From NCBI GenBank assembly GCA_032718475.1, contig JAUCBJ010008850.1, positions 1-64,000 on the forward strand: a stretch of DNA of 64,000 nt, in the 5' to 3' direction. The stretch is from Nemertoderma westbladi (Eukaryota > Animalia > Xenacoelomorpha). Numbering within the stretch: position 1 is the stretch's first letter; each line of letters opens with the position of its first letter. Made by a program: the position numbers and the translations under genes. This document shows positions 44,383 to 57,304 of the stretch, piece by piece. The notes beneath the pieces are model-generated. The model saw only the letters and a list, made by a program, of their open reading frames with translations, had not been told where the DNA came from and searched no databases.

Positions 44383-47300
44383 ATAAGCCCTTTCACGATT
44401 AAAACGTACATCGCCCCTGCCCTGCTGCCATCGCCGACTTAAGATTTGCAGGGACTTCCGCTGCCCGCTGCATTAACGATAAACCTGTGTGTTGTCTAGT
44501 CACCCACGATTTATAAATCGGACTGACAGCCAATTATATTATATACCATTTCCGGCTTCGCAAGGAAACCAACCTAGAGAGCGTTACGCGGCGCGGTTCT
44601 ACAAACGGTAGAAGCGTTTTTAAAAAAAACATATAATAGGATTATTCTATAACGAAATACATCTGGATATTATTATCATTACATAAGTTTGTAAAATCAA
44701 GATAGTTACAATCAAAGGTTAAACATAAAATTATATACTAATAATAACCTACAAATTCCAAACAATATGGGTTATATGACTGGGAAACAAATATACTATC
44801 TACTTGGAATGCAAAGCTTATTCAACGATATCAAACTATATTCCTATTTATTATTAAAAGATAGCGGTTTTTAAATACTAGTCACACCGAGTTATTTATA
44901 TATAAGGCACATATATACGCGTTGCTATGCTAATAATACATTAAATAAATATATAGTGACAATTTCAAAGTAATGCAAAAGGCATATTTTAATTTATTTA
45001 GAGTTTTCGTTCAATTTTAAATACAAGTAACTAAATGCTACGGCGCTAGTTGGAAACTGAGGTGGTATTTTAGATTTACCTTTGACTTTTTACAAAATGA
45101 TTTAAATTTTTCAAGTCACTAATATTACGAAATGTATTATATTTATAAATATGAAACAGAGTTTATTCCACCGTAAATCAAACTGCACTGCAAAATGAAA
45201 TTTAACGAAAGTAACATGAAATTAAATGTTAACATTATTACAGTTACTACACGATATGGGCAAAGGGGGGGAGTTAACTGTTAATTAGAAGATTTTATTA
45301 TCATTATAATATTATGTTGTTACACGTCTACCACCATTCTAAACTATGTAATGTATATATATACTGTACGCATCATATACCAAATCCAGAAGCAAAATAA
45401 AAAATACAGATACATAAACTAATTCGCATATGTTTACGTATATTAAATCGAAACCAGTAAAAGTTGCTTAAAAGGCTGGAAGGCAACCTAATTACAAAAA
45501 ATGGTTTCAAGAAAATTAAAATTTTCTTTATTTATGGAATTGGTGTTTATTAAATCCTTCTATATACCGGTACTATATAATACTTTGCTTCTATGAAAAC
45601 AATTTTTATGAAAACACTAATAAATATTTGCATTAATTTTTTTCATTAAACTCGATTGTGGCAGTTCACTTCACTAATATTGGAACTATATTATAATATA
45701 TATATCTAGATATTTGTAATTAAATACAATTTTCTATGAACCACAAACTTATTTTTATATTTATAGTGAAACTGAATTTAATTGAAAGATTGAATTAGTG
45801 GAAATATATATAATATTATTATATAGATTGATCTTAAGCTCGAAATGATATACGTTTTAAAGAATATTGTATTGTATTAAATTTTCCATAAAACTATCAA
45901 CCAATTACAGTAACGCATACAGCCAGAATGATAATTCATTGAATACCTGCAGCAAACAAAATGGTAACATTATAAGTAGACCTAATTATATGTATTAATT
46001 ATATAAGTAATTATTTACTAATAAGTTAATTAATGATCAGTTTTATACACATATATTCAACATAGTAGGGAGAGGCCATCAATTTAGCCGAAATATATAT
46101 ACCCAGCTGTTGGAGTGAATATAAAGCTATTCACATAAAACCGTATAATTGCGCAAAGATAATTAAATTATGTATTATAGATTGTACCGATGGTGACCTG
46201 GGGAATTATATAGAACTAATAGGCTGAAACAGTAGAGTATTAGCGCTGGTTCAACCCCAGGTGACGTTATTTCTTAACAAAATCGTATTAAATTATCAGA
46301 AATAAAACCCGATACACAATATTGTATTTTTTAATATAGAAACTAAATATTTTTATCATATAGGCGCAATAATTATTCGTGAATACAAATATGTTGAGTA
46401 ACTTTAGATGATTAAGTATAAGTATGTTAGTTGAAACATAAGTTCATAACATATTTATTATATATTACACTGAATGGGCACCAACATTTATGGTATAACT
46501 AAAGGCTACGTTAATCATAATGATAATATAAGACACAAGACAAGGTAAATCTATATTTATAAAAGAAAATGTTAAATATGAATCACAACAAGTTAGATTA
46601 TAGTAATTAGTTAAATTACAATATGATATTAAATCATTGAGTTGCCTAAATTATAATTGAAATATTCTGACTAATTAATTATATTATAATTAAATGTAAA
46701 TATATACACGAATGATACAGATTGATTGCCATTAAGTAAGATGGTTAGCTTTATATGATTGCATCGCGTTAGCAGCAACATTATGATAAAATAAAGTAAA
46801 ATAGAAAGCGTGTAAACTACTTTATTAAACAGGAGTATCGTAATACAAATGGCTTAAACATAGATTGTTGAATTCGGCCAAATTGTACTAATACTGAGAT
46901 TCACACATTATTTAACGGGGAAAAATACTGTATGTGTAGTGTGTACACATACTGGAAACCATATGCTTAGCTGAGATCACACACACACTCAAAGATGTAA
47001 CTGAAGATACAAACAATACCAATTCCAGATAGATATACATTGTATATAGGGTTATCTTGATTGATTGATAAAACCAGAAATAAATATATTCAACAACTAA
47101 TTTTAAAAGTTTAATTTCAGTTAAAGTTACAGCGGACTAACATAAAAATTATAGTATCGGGATGAAAATCTATTGCTTTTTCTTGGATAACCAATATTCA
47201 TATATAGAATGATTGTGATTGTGTTTTTGTGAGAGTAAATTATATACGAAATGTGGCAATTTGTGTTGTTTGTTATGAAAGTTACAGATAGTGCGGTGCG

Positions 47301-48221
47301 GTATATATAAATGTTGTATGTAATGTAAATATTAATTATATTTAAACTACTGTATAGCATAGCTATCATTAGTGGTAACAAAACAAACTGGAAGAAATTA
47401 ACAGAATATTATTACAGGAAGATAAGAGGTTTAATGATTGGGGATATATTTACTTTCGAAAAGGGAAGAAATTTTTAGCACCACACAAAAATTGAAGTAG
47501 ACAAAACACGGTACCGGTATCAACAACAAAATGGGGAAATACGGGTTATATAGGGTTGTAGGGGAACTTTGGGTAAAAATTACATCAAATTATTAAATTT
47601 TGTAACAAATACTGAGCACAGACCTTCAGTCAACCATGTATAGCTGATTGCCACGTTTTTTGCATACAGTTGAAAGATATGTAACTGATGATTCAAAAAT
47701 AATAATCTTCAAAAAATAAATTCCTGTACAATGCATCCTTGAAAAAACAGGGGAATCACGAAAGATATCACTGTTTCTACACAGCAAAACTAATTAATTA
47801 AGCACAATATATATAGGTATCTGGTTATATAATAAAATTATATTACACTGTAAGTTTTAAGAAAAATCTGGCGAATAACAGATCGAGTAGAAGCGGAAGT
47901 TATTTGGCCTCGATGTACATAATCAATGATAATTATTTTAGTTTCGAAGCCAGAAAGAGCTGTTGAGAGAGAGAGAGGGACCAAACTGTGTTTAAAACAT
48001 AGGCACGGTTAGTTTGTCACCAGGGATGGCATGCTGGAATAAATAAATGAAACTAGTTAGTTAGGCTAACATAAATAATAATGACCTTATTAGCAACCAG
48101 TAATGTAGGCTAACTGTAGTAATGCACCCAAGTAATTGTGCACTGAAAGCACCATCTAATGCTACACGGCCCCAACAAAAAAATAACGGCAACCTAGCTC
48201 TAAATTTTTGGTCGGCGAAAA

Positions 48222-48310
48222 TGGAGAAATTCATTAAAACATCATCACATCCGGAAATTCATTAAAACATCATCACATCCGGGAATTCATTGAAACATCA
48301 TCACATCCGG
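48222..48310. repeat. Three-copy ~29-bp tandem repeat
   Basis: AATTCATT(A/G)AAACATCATCACATCCGG x3. Confidence 0.85.
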
Positions 48311-48418
48311 TCTAGCCAGTAGCCACTAGCTAAACAATGTATATATATTAAAGATAAAGTATATATAGAATATAATTAAACCAGTATTATTAGTATTAAA
48401 GAAACTATTAGGCGGCAT

Positions 48419-51400
48419 TCAACTTACAAATTCTCCTAATATTATTGGATGGCCATTTTCAATATTCTCCAATCCTAAAGGAAAGATACGAGATGATGGA
48501 TTTCTCTGGAAATATAAAAGTTGATCTCGGGTATAACTAATTCGCATTTTAGTACCAAATTCGACACGTTTCGTCTGGGGTTCTTCCGACGTTACGTCAC
48601 TAGAAGTGGAAACGTCAAGTGAGAACTGGCCAGAACTAACCGGCATTACGAAATCCAAAACAGATTGGATTGATATCAATGTTTCATCGTCAGCTGGATC
48701 GGCATCGCTGCAGACGAGAGATGACACTTTGGAGGGTTCAATCTCTGCCAGGGACGTCACTTTGAAGGGTTGGGCGGGTTTAAACTCCACCGCGATCGGA
48801 TTGAGTATCGATGCGGAGACAACAAGCACGTCCATCTCGCTGGCAATCTCCTCTGGCGAAATGTAACAAGAGTTAAGTTTACCCGAAGCCGGGGGAGTTT
48901 CATTAGGGTTAACACGCGAAGGGGGTTGGTGAATATCGAGAGGTGAAGTATCCAGGGGTGAAGTGGGAGGGTAAACAGGAGATGTTGGAAAATCATCCAA
49001 TATTTTATGAAGCGGAGATATTATAACGCCAGCATTGGTTGGAACAACAGAGAACTCATTTATAACTGAAGTGTTATAGGGTTGATCTAGATGAAGGCAG
49101 TTCGTTGTCTGGCTGTTGTTACAATCTGTGATATCAGATAAAATATCTCTTTTGTTCAAAGAGATTTCTTCATTGCCGAGAGGCAATTTGTAAGTTACTG
49201 GGGGTAGAAACTTACAATCGGTAAGTTGAGGAGAATTATTTTCTTTATTTTCCTCTACATGTCCAATTACTAAGTTTTCTTTCTCTTTCACTATTGGTGC
49301 TTTGACGACTTCTTTGCAATAATAATTTGCAACATTATCTAACTGATGTAAACCAGCGGTGGAACTGGGATTTACAAACTTTTCCCCGATTGTATTAACA
49401 TCAGCACTGCCCGAGGAAATAGCAATGCCGCTACAACCTAAAAAAGGCACCGCAGAAGCCAACGGTGTGTTCCTCTCGCTATCTAGATTGCCCGTGGAGC
49501 CGCCACTACTGCTGTTAGAGAACGCCTTCAGGGTCATTTGGAAGGAACCATTGAGATCGTCAACATTCACATTTAAGGGTTGTTTTATTTCAGCACATTT
49601 CACGTTAGTTTCAGCAGGAGAACTGAAAGGAGAAACTCCCAAATGTTCTATCGATGTCGGAAGATTCTTCAACATCTCCTCTATGGAATTATCTAACTCT
49701 AACTCACCACTGTCGCGATTTCTTTCGGGTGGACCTTGAGGGTAAAGTTTATTCGCTTTCCCGAAGTCCCATTGACTAATTGTTGTTCTTGGCATCACCC
49801 CTGCATTAGATGGCACTTTAGCATTCGAACTATTAGAACCCATGCCTGGGACTCCTTTACCAATTTCATTGGATCTGTTGCTGTGAATATCACGAGAGAG
49901 ATAATTGGCATCAGAAGTTGGATTGAGAAAGTTAGAGAAATTCACTGCTGATGAGGAAGGTCTATAATTAATGGAATTTGGATGTGAAGTGTCGTCACCC
50001 AAACTGAAGGTATTACTAACACAACTGAAGGGCGCAGTGACACTTGAAGGCAAAAAGTTATTGGTTACTTTATGTCCGTCAAATGTATTATAAGGGACTT
50101 GGAAATCTGGATCTCCTGTTTGTTGGCCCAAACTTTGCATTCCTTGTGGTTCCGGGTTGAATCGAGGCATTTCGAATGGCCTCGATAAAGAGTTCCCTCC
50201 AACCATGTTGGAGGGAGGAAGAGGCATATCGGGGCGACTATTGAATAAAGGTTGCTGTTTTAGGGGAGCGAAACCAGGTTGATTTGGGGGGAATTGAGGA
50301 GGGAGCTGTTGGGAATAACCTTGTGGCGTCTGTAGAAGGCCAGCGGAAGAAGCATTGCGAGAAGAATTCGGATCGATATTTGGCGGAACAAAAGGTAATT
50401 GCGGTGGTTGATTAATCCAGGGAGGGGGAAATTGTCCAAAATGTGAGAGATTAGGTGGTCTAGGATTAGGAGCAGTTCCCTGAATCGGGAATGCGTTCAT
50501 GGGATATTGCCCACGTGGCAACCCAAGGTGATCCTGATTGAAAACCCCTCGTCTACAATCCGCCCGCCATTCTGTTTGTATTAGATTCGAGTATCCTGCA
50601 TTATGCTGGTTGTCGAAGAATTGTTTAGCCAACATTTGATCTTGATGCTGCTGCTGTTGATACTTTGCCAGATGAGGCAAGCCCGGGTCGGCAATGTCAA
50701 ACGGGGGATGTAGAGGAGGATTTGGGAAATATGGGTTAATTCCCATACCTTGAGCACGAAGTTGTCGGAACATATGATCTTGCTGGGCTAATAATTCTCT
50801 TGGTATTCCACTAATTCCAGGTTGATTAAATCTCGACATTCCGTACGTGTAGCCGCTGTTATGCTGACCCTGTGTGCTGTCGCTGTGGAGATAATTCCTC
50901 GGTGCCGTTTTGTTGTCCGCACGATCGTCATTAACATTCCAATGAGTGATAGTTGGAAACTCTTGTTCTTTAGGTTTTCCACCAAAGTGATTGACAACAG
51001 GAAAATCATCTTTATTTTGCGATGCATTTGTGGCGGCATTTATAAAAGCACCCACGGCATGGGGGTGTATACCTCTCTGCAACATAGCTAAAGCAATGTT
51101 ATTAACTTGATCCTTTGTTGGCTGAAGGAATTTCTTATGAGGTTGTTTAAGAATCGAATTAGCCTCTTTAATCAAGTTATCCATACTGGAACTTTTGAAG
51201 AGTTTCCCCGGGGAAGGTGGTATTGGGATGCGATGGTCAAATCGTGTGGGGGAACCAGGGCGTGATGATGACTTTGGTCTGGCACCGACAGCTTTAGAAG
51301 GGCTAGCACCCATCATTGATATACCAGATGGGTGGTATGAACCTGTCAGTCTATCTTTGACAGATTTATGACCGCTAAATAAGTCAAATGACTTATAGCT

Positions 51401-52075
51401 ACTCTCCTCATTCATCTTAGGAATCTTCACAGAATGATCTCTAAAATCATTTTTACTCCAAGGTGAATCTTCATTACTGGGATCAACATATGAACCCTGC
51501 CCAGCAAGTATTTTCACCTTTATATCACCATAATATTCATGTTTAACCATAACTCCAGATTCAGGTGTGTTAAGATTGCTAGTAATGGTTTCTGGGTGAT
51601 GTATATCCATGATATTCTTCTGAAATGCGACAGCATCTTGATTAGCAAAGTGAGAATTTGCTGAAAGAGATTCAGCATTCCAGAATCCCATTCTTGCAGG
51701 TTTACCCAGTGACATTGGAGGAGGTTGTGAGAAGTCTGGGGAATTGTCAACAGACATTGGAGGTGGACATACAAACTTGGATGGCACTGGACCCAAACCC
51801 ATTATATAATCGCCCATAATATTTGCAGGACCAACAGTGCAATTACTGGCAAATAAACCTGCGGATGAAGGATCAGGTGCCATTGGAATATAATTTGTAG
51901 TTGCTGCACTCATGGTAATGTTCCTATTGACATCAAGACCTTCAATAAACTTATTGTGGTGACTGACATTGTTTTCCATAGATACTGACAAACTTTTGGG
52001 ACCAAAGACATTGCTAATAATATTATTATTCACACCAGGTGACTCCTTAATAGTGAATGTCGGAGTTGTAGACAT
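48419..52075 (-). CDS. Uncharacterised ~1218-aa disordered (P/S/N/Q-rich) protein with C-terminal PAM2 and eIF4E-binding motifs
   Basis: 3.7-kb non-repetitive ORF; first ATG at 52075 and frame open to 52186. SILNPIAVEFKP (~48776-48811) fits PAM2; RISYTRDQLL (~48515-48544) fits YxxxxL-phi. Confidence 0.85.
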   Translation of the reverse strand: MSTTPTFTIKESPGVNNNIISNVFGPKSLSVSMENNVSHHNKFIEGLDVNRNITMSAATTNYIPMAPDPSSAGLFASNCTVGPANIMGDYIMGLGPVPSKFVCPPPMSVDNSPDFSQPPPMSLGKPARMGFWNAESLSANSHFANQDAVAFQKNIMDIHHPETITSNLNTPESGVMVKHEYYGDIKVKILAGQGSYVDPSNEDSPWSKNDFRDHSVKIPKMNEESSYKSFDLFSGHKSVKDRLTGSYHPSGISMMGASPSKAVGARPKSSSRPGSPTRFDHRIPIPPSPGKLFKSSSMDNLIKEANSILKQPHKKFLQPTKDQVNNIALAMLQRGIHPHAVGAFINAATNASQNKDDFPVVNHFGGKPKEQEFPTITHWNVNDDRADNKTAPRNYLHSDSTQGQHNSGYTYGMSRFNQPGISGIPRELLAQQDHMFRQLRAQGMGINPYFPNPPLHPPFDIADPGLPHLAKYQQQQHQDQMLAKQFFDNQHNAGYSNLIQTEWRADCRRGVFNQDHLGLPRGQYPMNAFPIQGTAPNPRPPNLSHFGQFPPPWINQPPQLPFVPPNIDPNSSRNASSAGLLQTPQGYSQQLPPQFPPNQPGFAPLKQQPLFNSRPDMPLPPSNMVGGNSLSRPFEMPRFNPEPQGMQSLGQQTGDPDFQVPYNTFDGHKVTNNFLPSSVTAPFSCVSNTFSLGDDTSHPNSINYRPSSSAVNFSNFLNPTSDANYLSRDIHSNRSNEIGKGVPGMGSNSSNAKVPSNAGVMPRTTISQWDFGKANKLYPQGPPERNRDSGELELDNSIEEMLKNLPTSIEHLGVSPFSSPAETNVKCAEIKQPLNVNVDDLNGSFQMTLKAFSNSSSGGSTGNLDSERNTPLASAVPFLGCSGIAISSGSADVNTIGEKFVNPSSTAGLHQLDNVANYYCKEVVKAPIVKEKENLVIGHVEENKENNSPQLTDCKFLPPVTYKLPLGNEEISLNKRDILSDITDCNNSQTTNCLHLDQPYNTSVINEFSVVPTNAGVIISPLHKILDDFPTSPVYPPTSPLDTSPLDIHQPPSRVNPNETPPASGKLNSCYISPEEIASEMDVLVVSASILNPIAVEFKPAQPFKVTSLAEIEPSKVSSLVCSDADPADDETLISIQSVLDFVMPVSSGQFSLDVSTSSDVTSEEPQTKRVEFGTKMRISYTRDQLLYFQRNPSSRIFPLGLENIENGHPIILGEFVS

Positions 52076-52379
52076 TCTAGGCCGTTCAAGACTATGCGAT
52101 AGCTCTGGTGGCAAAATTATGAACCGTGTATTATAATCTTCAACATGCAGTGAATTTGTGGATTGTTTATATATAGATATGTTACATCATTATCCAGTTA
52201 TCTAAACACTTTGCAGCTTTGAATAGGATTTGATTGAGAAGGCCAGTCCGAGCAAAGTCGAGTAATAGTCCTGAAATAGCCACTGTCTGGCTGTCAGGAT
52301 TCAGTTTGCTGCAGCTATTTGCATCTCAAATTAAAATACACCACCTCCCTTAATACAACAACCATTTATAGGGGGTCGG

Positions 52380-52770
52380 AGCCCCCACCCACCCACAATA
52401 CATTAGAGACAGCCTAACTGATCTGCCACAACCAAGTAAAACGAACTCCAAAATGCTTATTTAGTAGGCCTAATACGGCAATCGAAACCCTAGACAATAA
52501 GTATCTTAAACCCCCCAACCCTATCTGGAAGTCCGATTTTGAGCACGAAGAGCTCAAAATGGCTTAAATGTGATTTCAGGGTTCCAATTACCGGAAGGGT
52601 TAGCACGAGGGTTCCAGGTAGGGTTGGGGTTTAAGATGCTTTTTGACTAGGGTTTCGTCTACAGGGCAACCCTAACCTTTTGAATAAAAAAAGAGAATAG
52701 GGCCTACTCGAGAAAATGTAGAGTTGTGGCAGATCTGTTAGGCTGTCTTTAATGTTTTCTTGGAGCCCCC
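52380..52770. mobile_element. Degenerate palindromic MITE/foldback
   Basis: Inverted blocks: ACATTAGAGACAGCCTAACTGATCTGCCACAAC vs GTTGTGGCAGATCTGTTAGGCTGTCTTTAATGT, and CGAAACCCTAG..ATCTTAAACCCC vs GGGGTTTAAGAT..CTAGGGTTTCG. Confidence 0.65.
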
Positions 52771-53395
52771 CCCCCCCTAATTATTGTCAAATTTAAATAA
52801 AATGCTATGAAATTTGGTATGATGATAGATCGACACCTTTTCTTACTGCTGAGTGCTGGCTGGCCGGACTCTCTTCTATTTCTCAGTTTTTTCAATTCCA
52901 AAAGCCCTTTAAAAATGTTTATTTAGCAATGTTTAAAGACCTCAGCAGACTTTATTTTTCGTTATTGGAATAGACGGTAATCTGGATATTATTAGAACCG
53001 CCTTTATATGCAGATTCCATATCAGAAAACCGTTTTAAATTTAAGCAAAAAATGGCAAAGATAATATCAAAATACTAATGTGCAAATTTTGAGATGCAAA
53101 TCGCTTATACCGGTAATTCTAATCTTTTTTTTGACTTTATTCTAAAATATTAATTAGGCCTACTACTGTACTAATGGGTCCTACGAATTATTCCCACCCA
53201 AAAAAACACAAAAATACACAAAAAAGCATTTTTTTTCGAATATTCATTACCAGGCCTACCACCTACCAGCCTACTGTACTGTATCATACCACTATGTATG
53301 AAAAGACCGGTCCTACTAAAAACCGCAATTTACCGCAACTTACAACTTACCGCAACTAACCGCAATTTACCGCAACTAGTTGTTATTTTCAAGCA

Positions 53396-53477
53396 GCTGC
53401 ATGGTCTAGTGGCGAAATTCCTAGGCTTCAAATTAAGAGGCCCCTGCAGCTGCAGCCCTGTTCGATCCCTTGCTGCC
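53396..53477 (+). pseudogene. Degenerate tRNA-derived (SINE-like) head
   Basis: A box TGGTCTAGTGG and B box GTTCGATCC; stems poorly conserved. Confidence 0.4.
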
Positions 53478-54339
53478 TTGACCGTGTAGCACTGTTTTCT
53501 GTTTGTGTAGTGTTTTAAAAACGGTCCTACGAATTAACCCAAACCCAAATAGGCCTAGGCCTACCCCGAAATACTTGTTTTTCACTCGTTTATTGTTTTG
53601 GTTAGAAAAACTTAGACAAACATTACAGCAAAATCTGAGTATAATAATAGAATTAGGGTGTAAAGTGGGACATCCGTGTCCGGGGTAAAGTGGGACACCA
53701 TTTTTTTTTAATGACCAATATGTAGAGTTACACAAATACTGGAAATGAACCATTCTTAATAGTAAACCTATTTCTATACAATTCCGCACAGAGATTTACA
53801 GTTTTACTTTCAATTAAGGCACCAACTATGTATTATTTTTAGCACATAATGTTTATTGGACTAGGGTAAGGTACCCCAATTCCGGACATTGCAAATTCCG
53901 GACAACCTACTCAAATTCCGGACAAACCACTTATTCAACACAAATTTGTACCACGAAAATTAAGAATTCTGCGGTTTTTCTGTAACGTGTCTGTCTGTCT
54001 GTACTCTGTACTGCATTGCATTACTTTTATTACTGAATTGATTAGTAGATTAGGCCTAAATGTGTAAAGGGCCCTCAGAATAGGCGATAGTCAGTTACAT
54101 AAGTCCTGACTTTTGCTATACAGCTATTGCTATACTATCGTATTCGTAATACTGTAATATAATACAGTAATAGGCCTATTTGAATTTGCTCTAATCTGCT
54201 AATTATTTTATACTATAATTGCTCTAATTTTCTCGATTTATAATATCTGATTAACCCTACACAATAGTCAATAGGCCTACCTATTTAAATTCGATCAATA
54301 TCATTTTGTATTCAATATCATTTAGCAGTTTGTGATACA

Positions 54340-54954
54340 TTGGATGATACTTTTATACTACCTGATTTAATTGAATTAGAAGTCGAAAATGAACAAAATA
54401 TTTATACGCCTACTTGCAGTTCACCACGCAGCCCAAGTACAAATGTAACACAAAGTGATACTTCATTGGTATCATCCGCATCCCAGGCTTCTACATCATC
54501 TATCTTATCACCTCACTCAGCAATGCGTCATGCTATACTAAGAGCCATTAGACCCGTGGCCTCTAAAGATACAAAATTTGCGATAGATAATGCGAAACGA
54601 AAGAGGACAAGAGTGCAGAAGAAGCAGGGGGAAGTGTTAACATCTGATGTAGCACTTCATCGTCTAAATGAGGAACTCAAAGCACGGGAAGATAAAAAGA
54701 AAAGTAAGAAGAATAATCCTAAGGTTGCAAAGTCCAAGTCAAAGACAACCACCCAGATTTCCACTACGAATACCAATGCGAATGAGATTGATCTTTCTAT
54801 ATGCTATGCTTGTATGGAGGTGGAACCACCAATCAAGGAAGATCTTGAAGATGATAATGTGAGTTGGGTGGCTTGCGATTCCTGTAACCGCTGGTATCAT
54901 GAGTCCTGCCTTGATGATATAACTGACCCCTGCCTATTTTGTTCAATTGAATAA
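54340..54954 (+). pseudogene. C-terminal exon of a pogo-like transposase with PHD finger; catalytic DDE region absent
   Basis: KRKRTRVQKKQGEVLTS...K-rich stretch...CYAC...WVACDSCNRWYHESC...CLFC (C4HC3). Preceded by an acceptor-like TTTAG at ~54325. Confidence 0.75.
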
Positions 54955-55180
54955 ATATTTAGCTCAGTGCGATCCTGTTACCGTTGGAACCCCAGGTTGG
55001 GCCTTCCGGGTCTATGATGGGGATCCTCGCCTGTCTCATCATCGAGGTCGTACAGAGTTGGCTGGTTCTGTCAGTTTGCTGCATCCGTGGCTCATCTTGC
55101 TTAAACTGCTTTGCATCCTCGGTTTCTTCCCCATGATATATTCCCATATTAAATTTAATATGGTTAGGAAATAGTAAATA

Positions 55181-56090
55181 ATTTTTGCAATTTTTAGTGC
55201 ATTAATACATTAGTAATAGGGCCTTTTTGGCTGTTTGTTTTTTAGTTGTTGATATAAATCTTTTTAATCATTATTCTAGAGTATGTACCTGTGTTATTTG
55301 TTATTTACATTACCATTAGCCTACTCTGTTAGGCTATACAAAGATTCTGATATATATATATACTCATAATACAGTAATATATGATGTATTTTACCTACTA
55401 ACCCTACAGTCTACATGAATAAATAAATAATTGTAAATATGCCTAGGTTTTGTTCAAAGTTTTGTCAGCAACTTTTTGGCTGTCTAGGTGGTGTCTATTA
55501 TCTTTACCGGTAGTAGTAAAAGAAACTAGTTGACCGTACCAAATGCTTGAGTTGGCCATTTAACATTTTTTAAATTCCATCAACATTTTCCCAATTTAGT
55601 TAAACAAGGTGACAAAATTAAACAATTATTACAGTTGCTGTGTTGTGCTGTCAGAAATGTAAATATTTTTGCAAAATTTTAAGTGCTTTTATACATTAGT
55701 AATAGGGCCTTTTTGGCTGTTTGTTTTTTAGTTGTTGATATAAATCTTTTTAATCATTATTCTAGAGTATGTACCTGTGTTATTTGTTATTTACATTACC
55801 ATTAGCCTACTCTGTTAGGCTATACAAAGATTCTGATATATATATATACTCATAATAGGCCTACAGTAATATATGATGTATTTTACCTACTAACCCTACA
55901 GTCTACATGAATAAATAAATAATTGTAAATATGCCTAGGTTTTGTTCAAAGTTTTGTCAGCAACTTTTTGGTTGTCTAGCTGGTGTCTATTATCTTTACA
56001 GGTAGTAGTAAACGAAACTAGTTGACCGTACCAAATGCTTGAGTTGGCCATTTAACATTTTTTAAATTCCATCAACATTTTCCCAATTTT
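55181..56090. repeat. ~485-bp tandem duplication
   Basis: ATACATTAGTAATAGGGCCTTTTTGG...CATTTTCCCAATTT occurs at ~55205-55597 and ~55691-56089. Confidence 0.9.
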
Positions 56091-56229
56091 TTAGTTAGTG
56101 ATATAAATCCTTTTAATCATTATTACAGTATGTACCTGTGTTATCTTGTATCTGTGGTATCTGAGATTTATATAATATATTGAATTATTATCAACTCATC
56201 ATCATTTTACAGTGATTGATAGTTATACT

Positions 56230-57080
56230 GCATAGAAATGGCTAGACAGAAAAACGAACAGACAGACAAACGAACAGACAGACAAATGACAGGTTTGTTT
56301 ACAAATTATTGACATTCTGAGTCTGACATTAACGAATTGTGTTTGCTTAGAAATTCAACTGCATAGAAATTTAATAGAAATGATAAATATAATTTAATAG
56401 AAAATAGAAATTATACAGCATAGAAATGGCTAGACAGAAAAACGAACAGACAGACAAACGAACAGACAGACAAATGACAGGTTGGTTTACAAATTATTGA
56501 CATTCTGACATTAACAAATTGTGTTTGCTTAGAATTTCAACTGCATAGAAATTTAATAGAAATGATAAATATAATTTAATAGAAAATAGAAATTATACAG
56601 CATAGAAATGGCTAGACAGAAAAACGAACAGACAGACAAACGAACAGACAGACAAATGACAGGTTGGTTTACAAATTATTGACATTCTGACATTAACAAA
56701 TTGTGTTTGCTTAGAATTTCAACTGCATAGAAATTTAATAGAAATGATAAATATAATTTAATAGAAAATATAAATTATACAGCATAGAAATGGCTAGACA
56801 GAAAAACGAACAGACAGACAAACGAACAGACAGACAAATGACAGGTTGGTTTACAAATTATTGACATTCTGACATTAACAAATTGTGTTTGCTTAGAATT
56901 TCAACTGCATAGAAATTTAATAGAAATGATAAATATAATTTAATAGAAAATAGAAATTATACAGCATAGAAATGGCTAGACAGAAAAACGAACAGACAGA
57001 CAAACGAACAGACAGACAAATGACAGGTTGGTTTACAAATTATTGACATTAACGAATTGTGCTTGCTTAGAAATTCAAAA
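56230..57080. repeat. ~182-bp tandem repeat, ~4.5 copies
   Basis: GCATAGAAATGGCTAGACAGAAAAACGAACAGACAGAC recurs at ~56230, 56418, 56600, 56782 and 56964. Confidence 0.92.
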
Positions 57081-57304
57081 CAAAAAAAAGTTGTGCAAAT
57101 CGGAAAATTGTATGAATTCTGACTTTCATGAACTAGTGTTTTTAAGTGGTGGAAAGACAGACAAACAAACAGGTAGACAAGTGAACAGACCCCCCACCCC
57201 CTGGCAGCATGGTGATACATGTATTCGGGCTTTAGGCACCTTTCTATAATGTAAACTATAGATTTGTATAGCAAACAGACATAGGCAGAGACAAATTTAT
57301 ACTC

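Noticed and set aside
53653-53700. GGG(TG)TAAAGTGGGACA repeated twice, resembling a transposon end
   Set aside because: Only one end is visible in the window.
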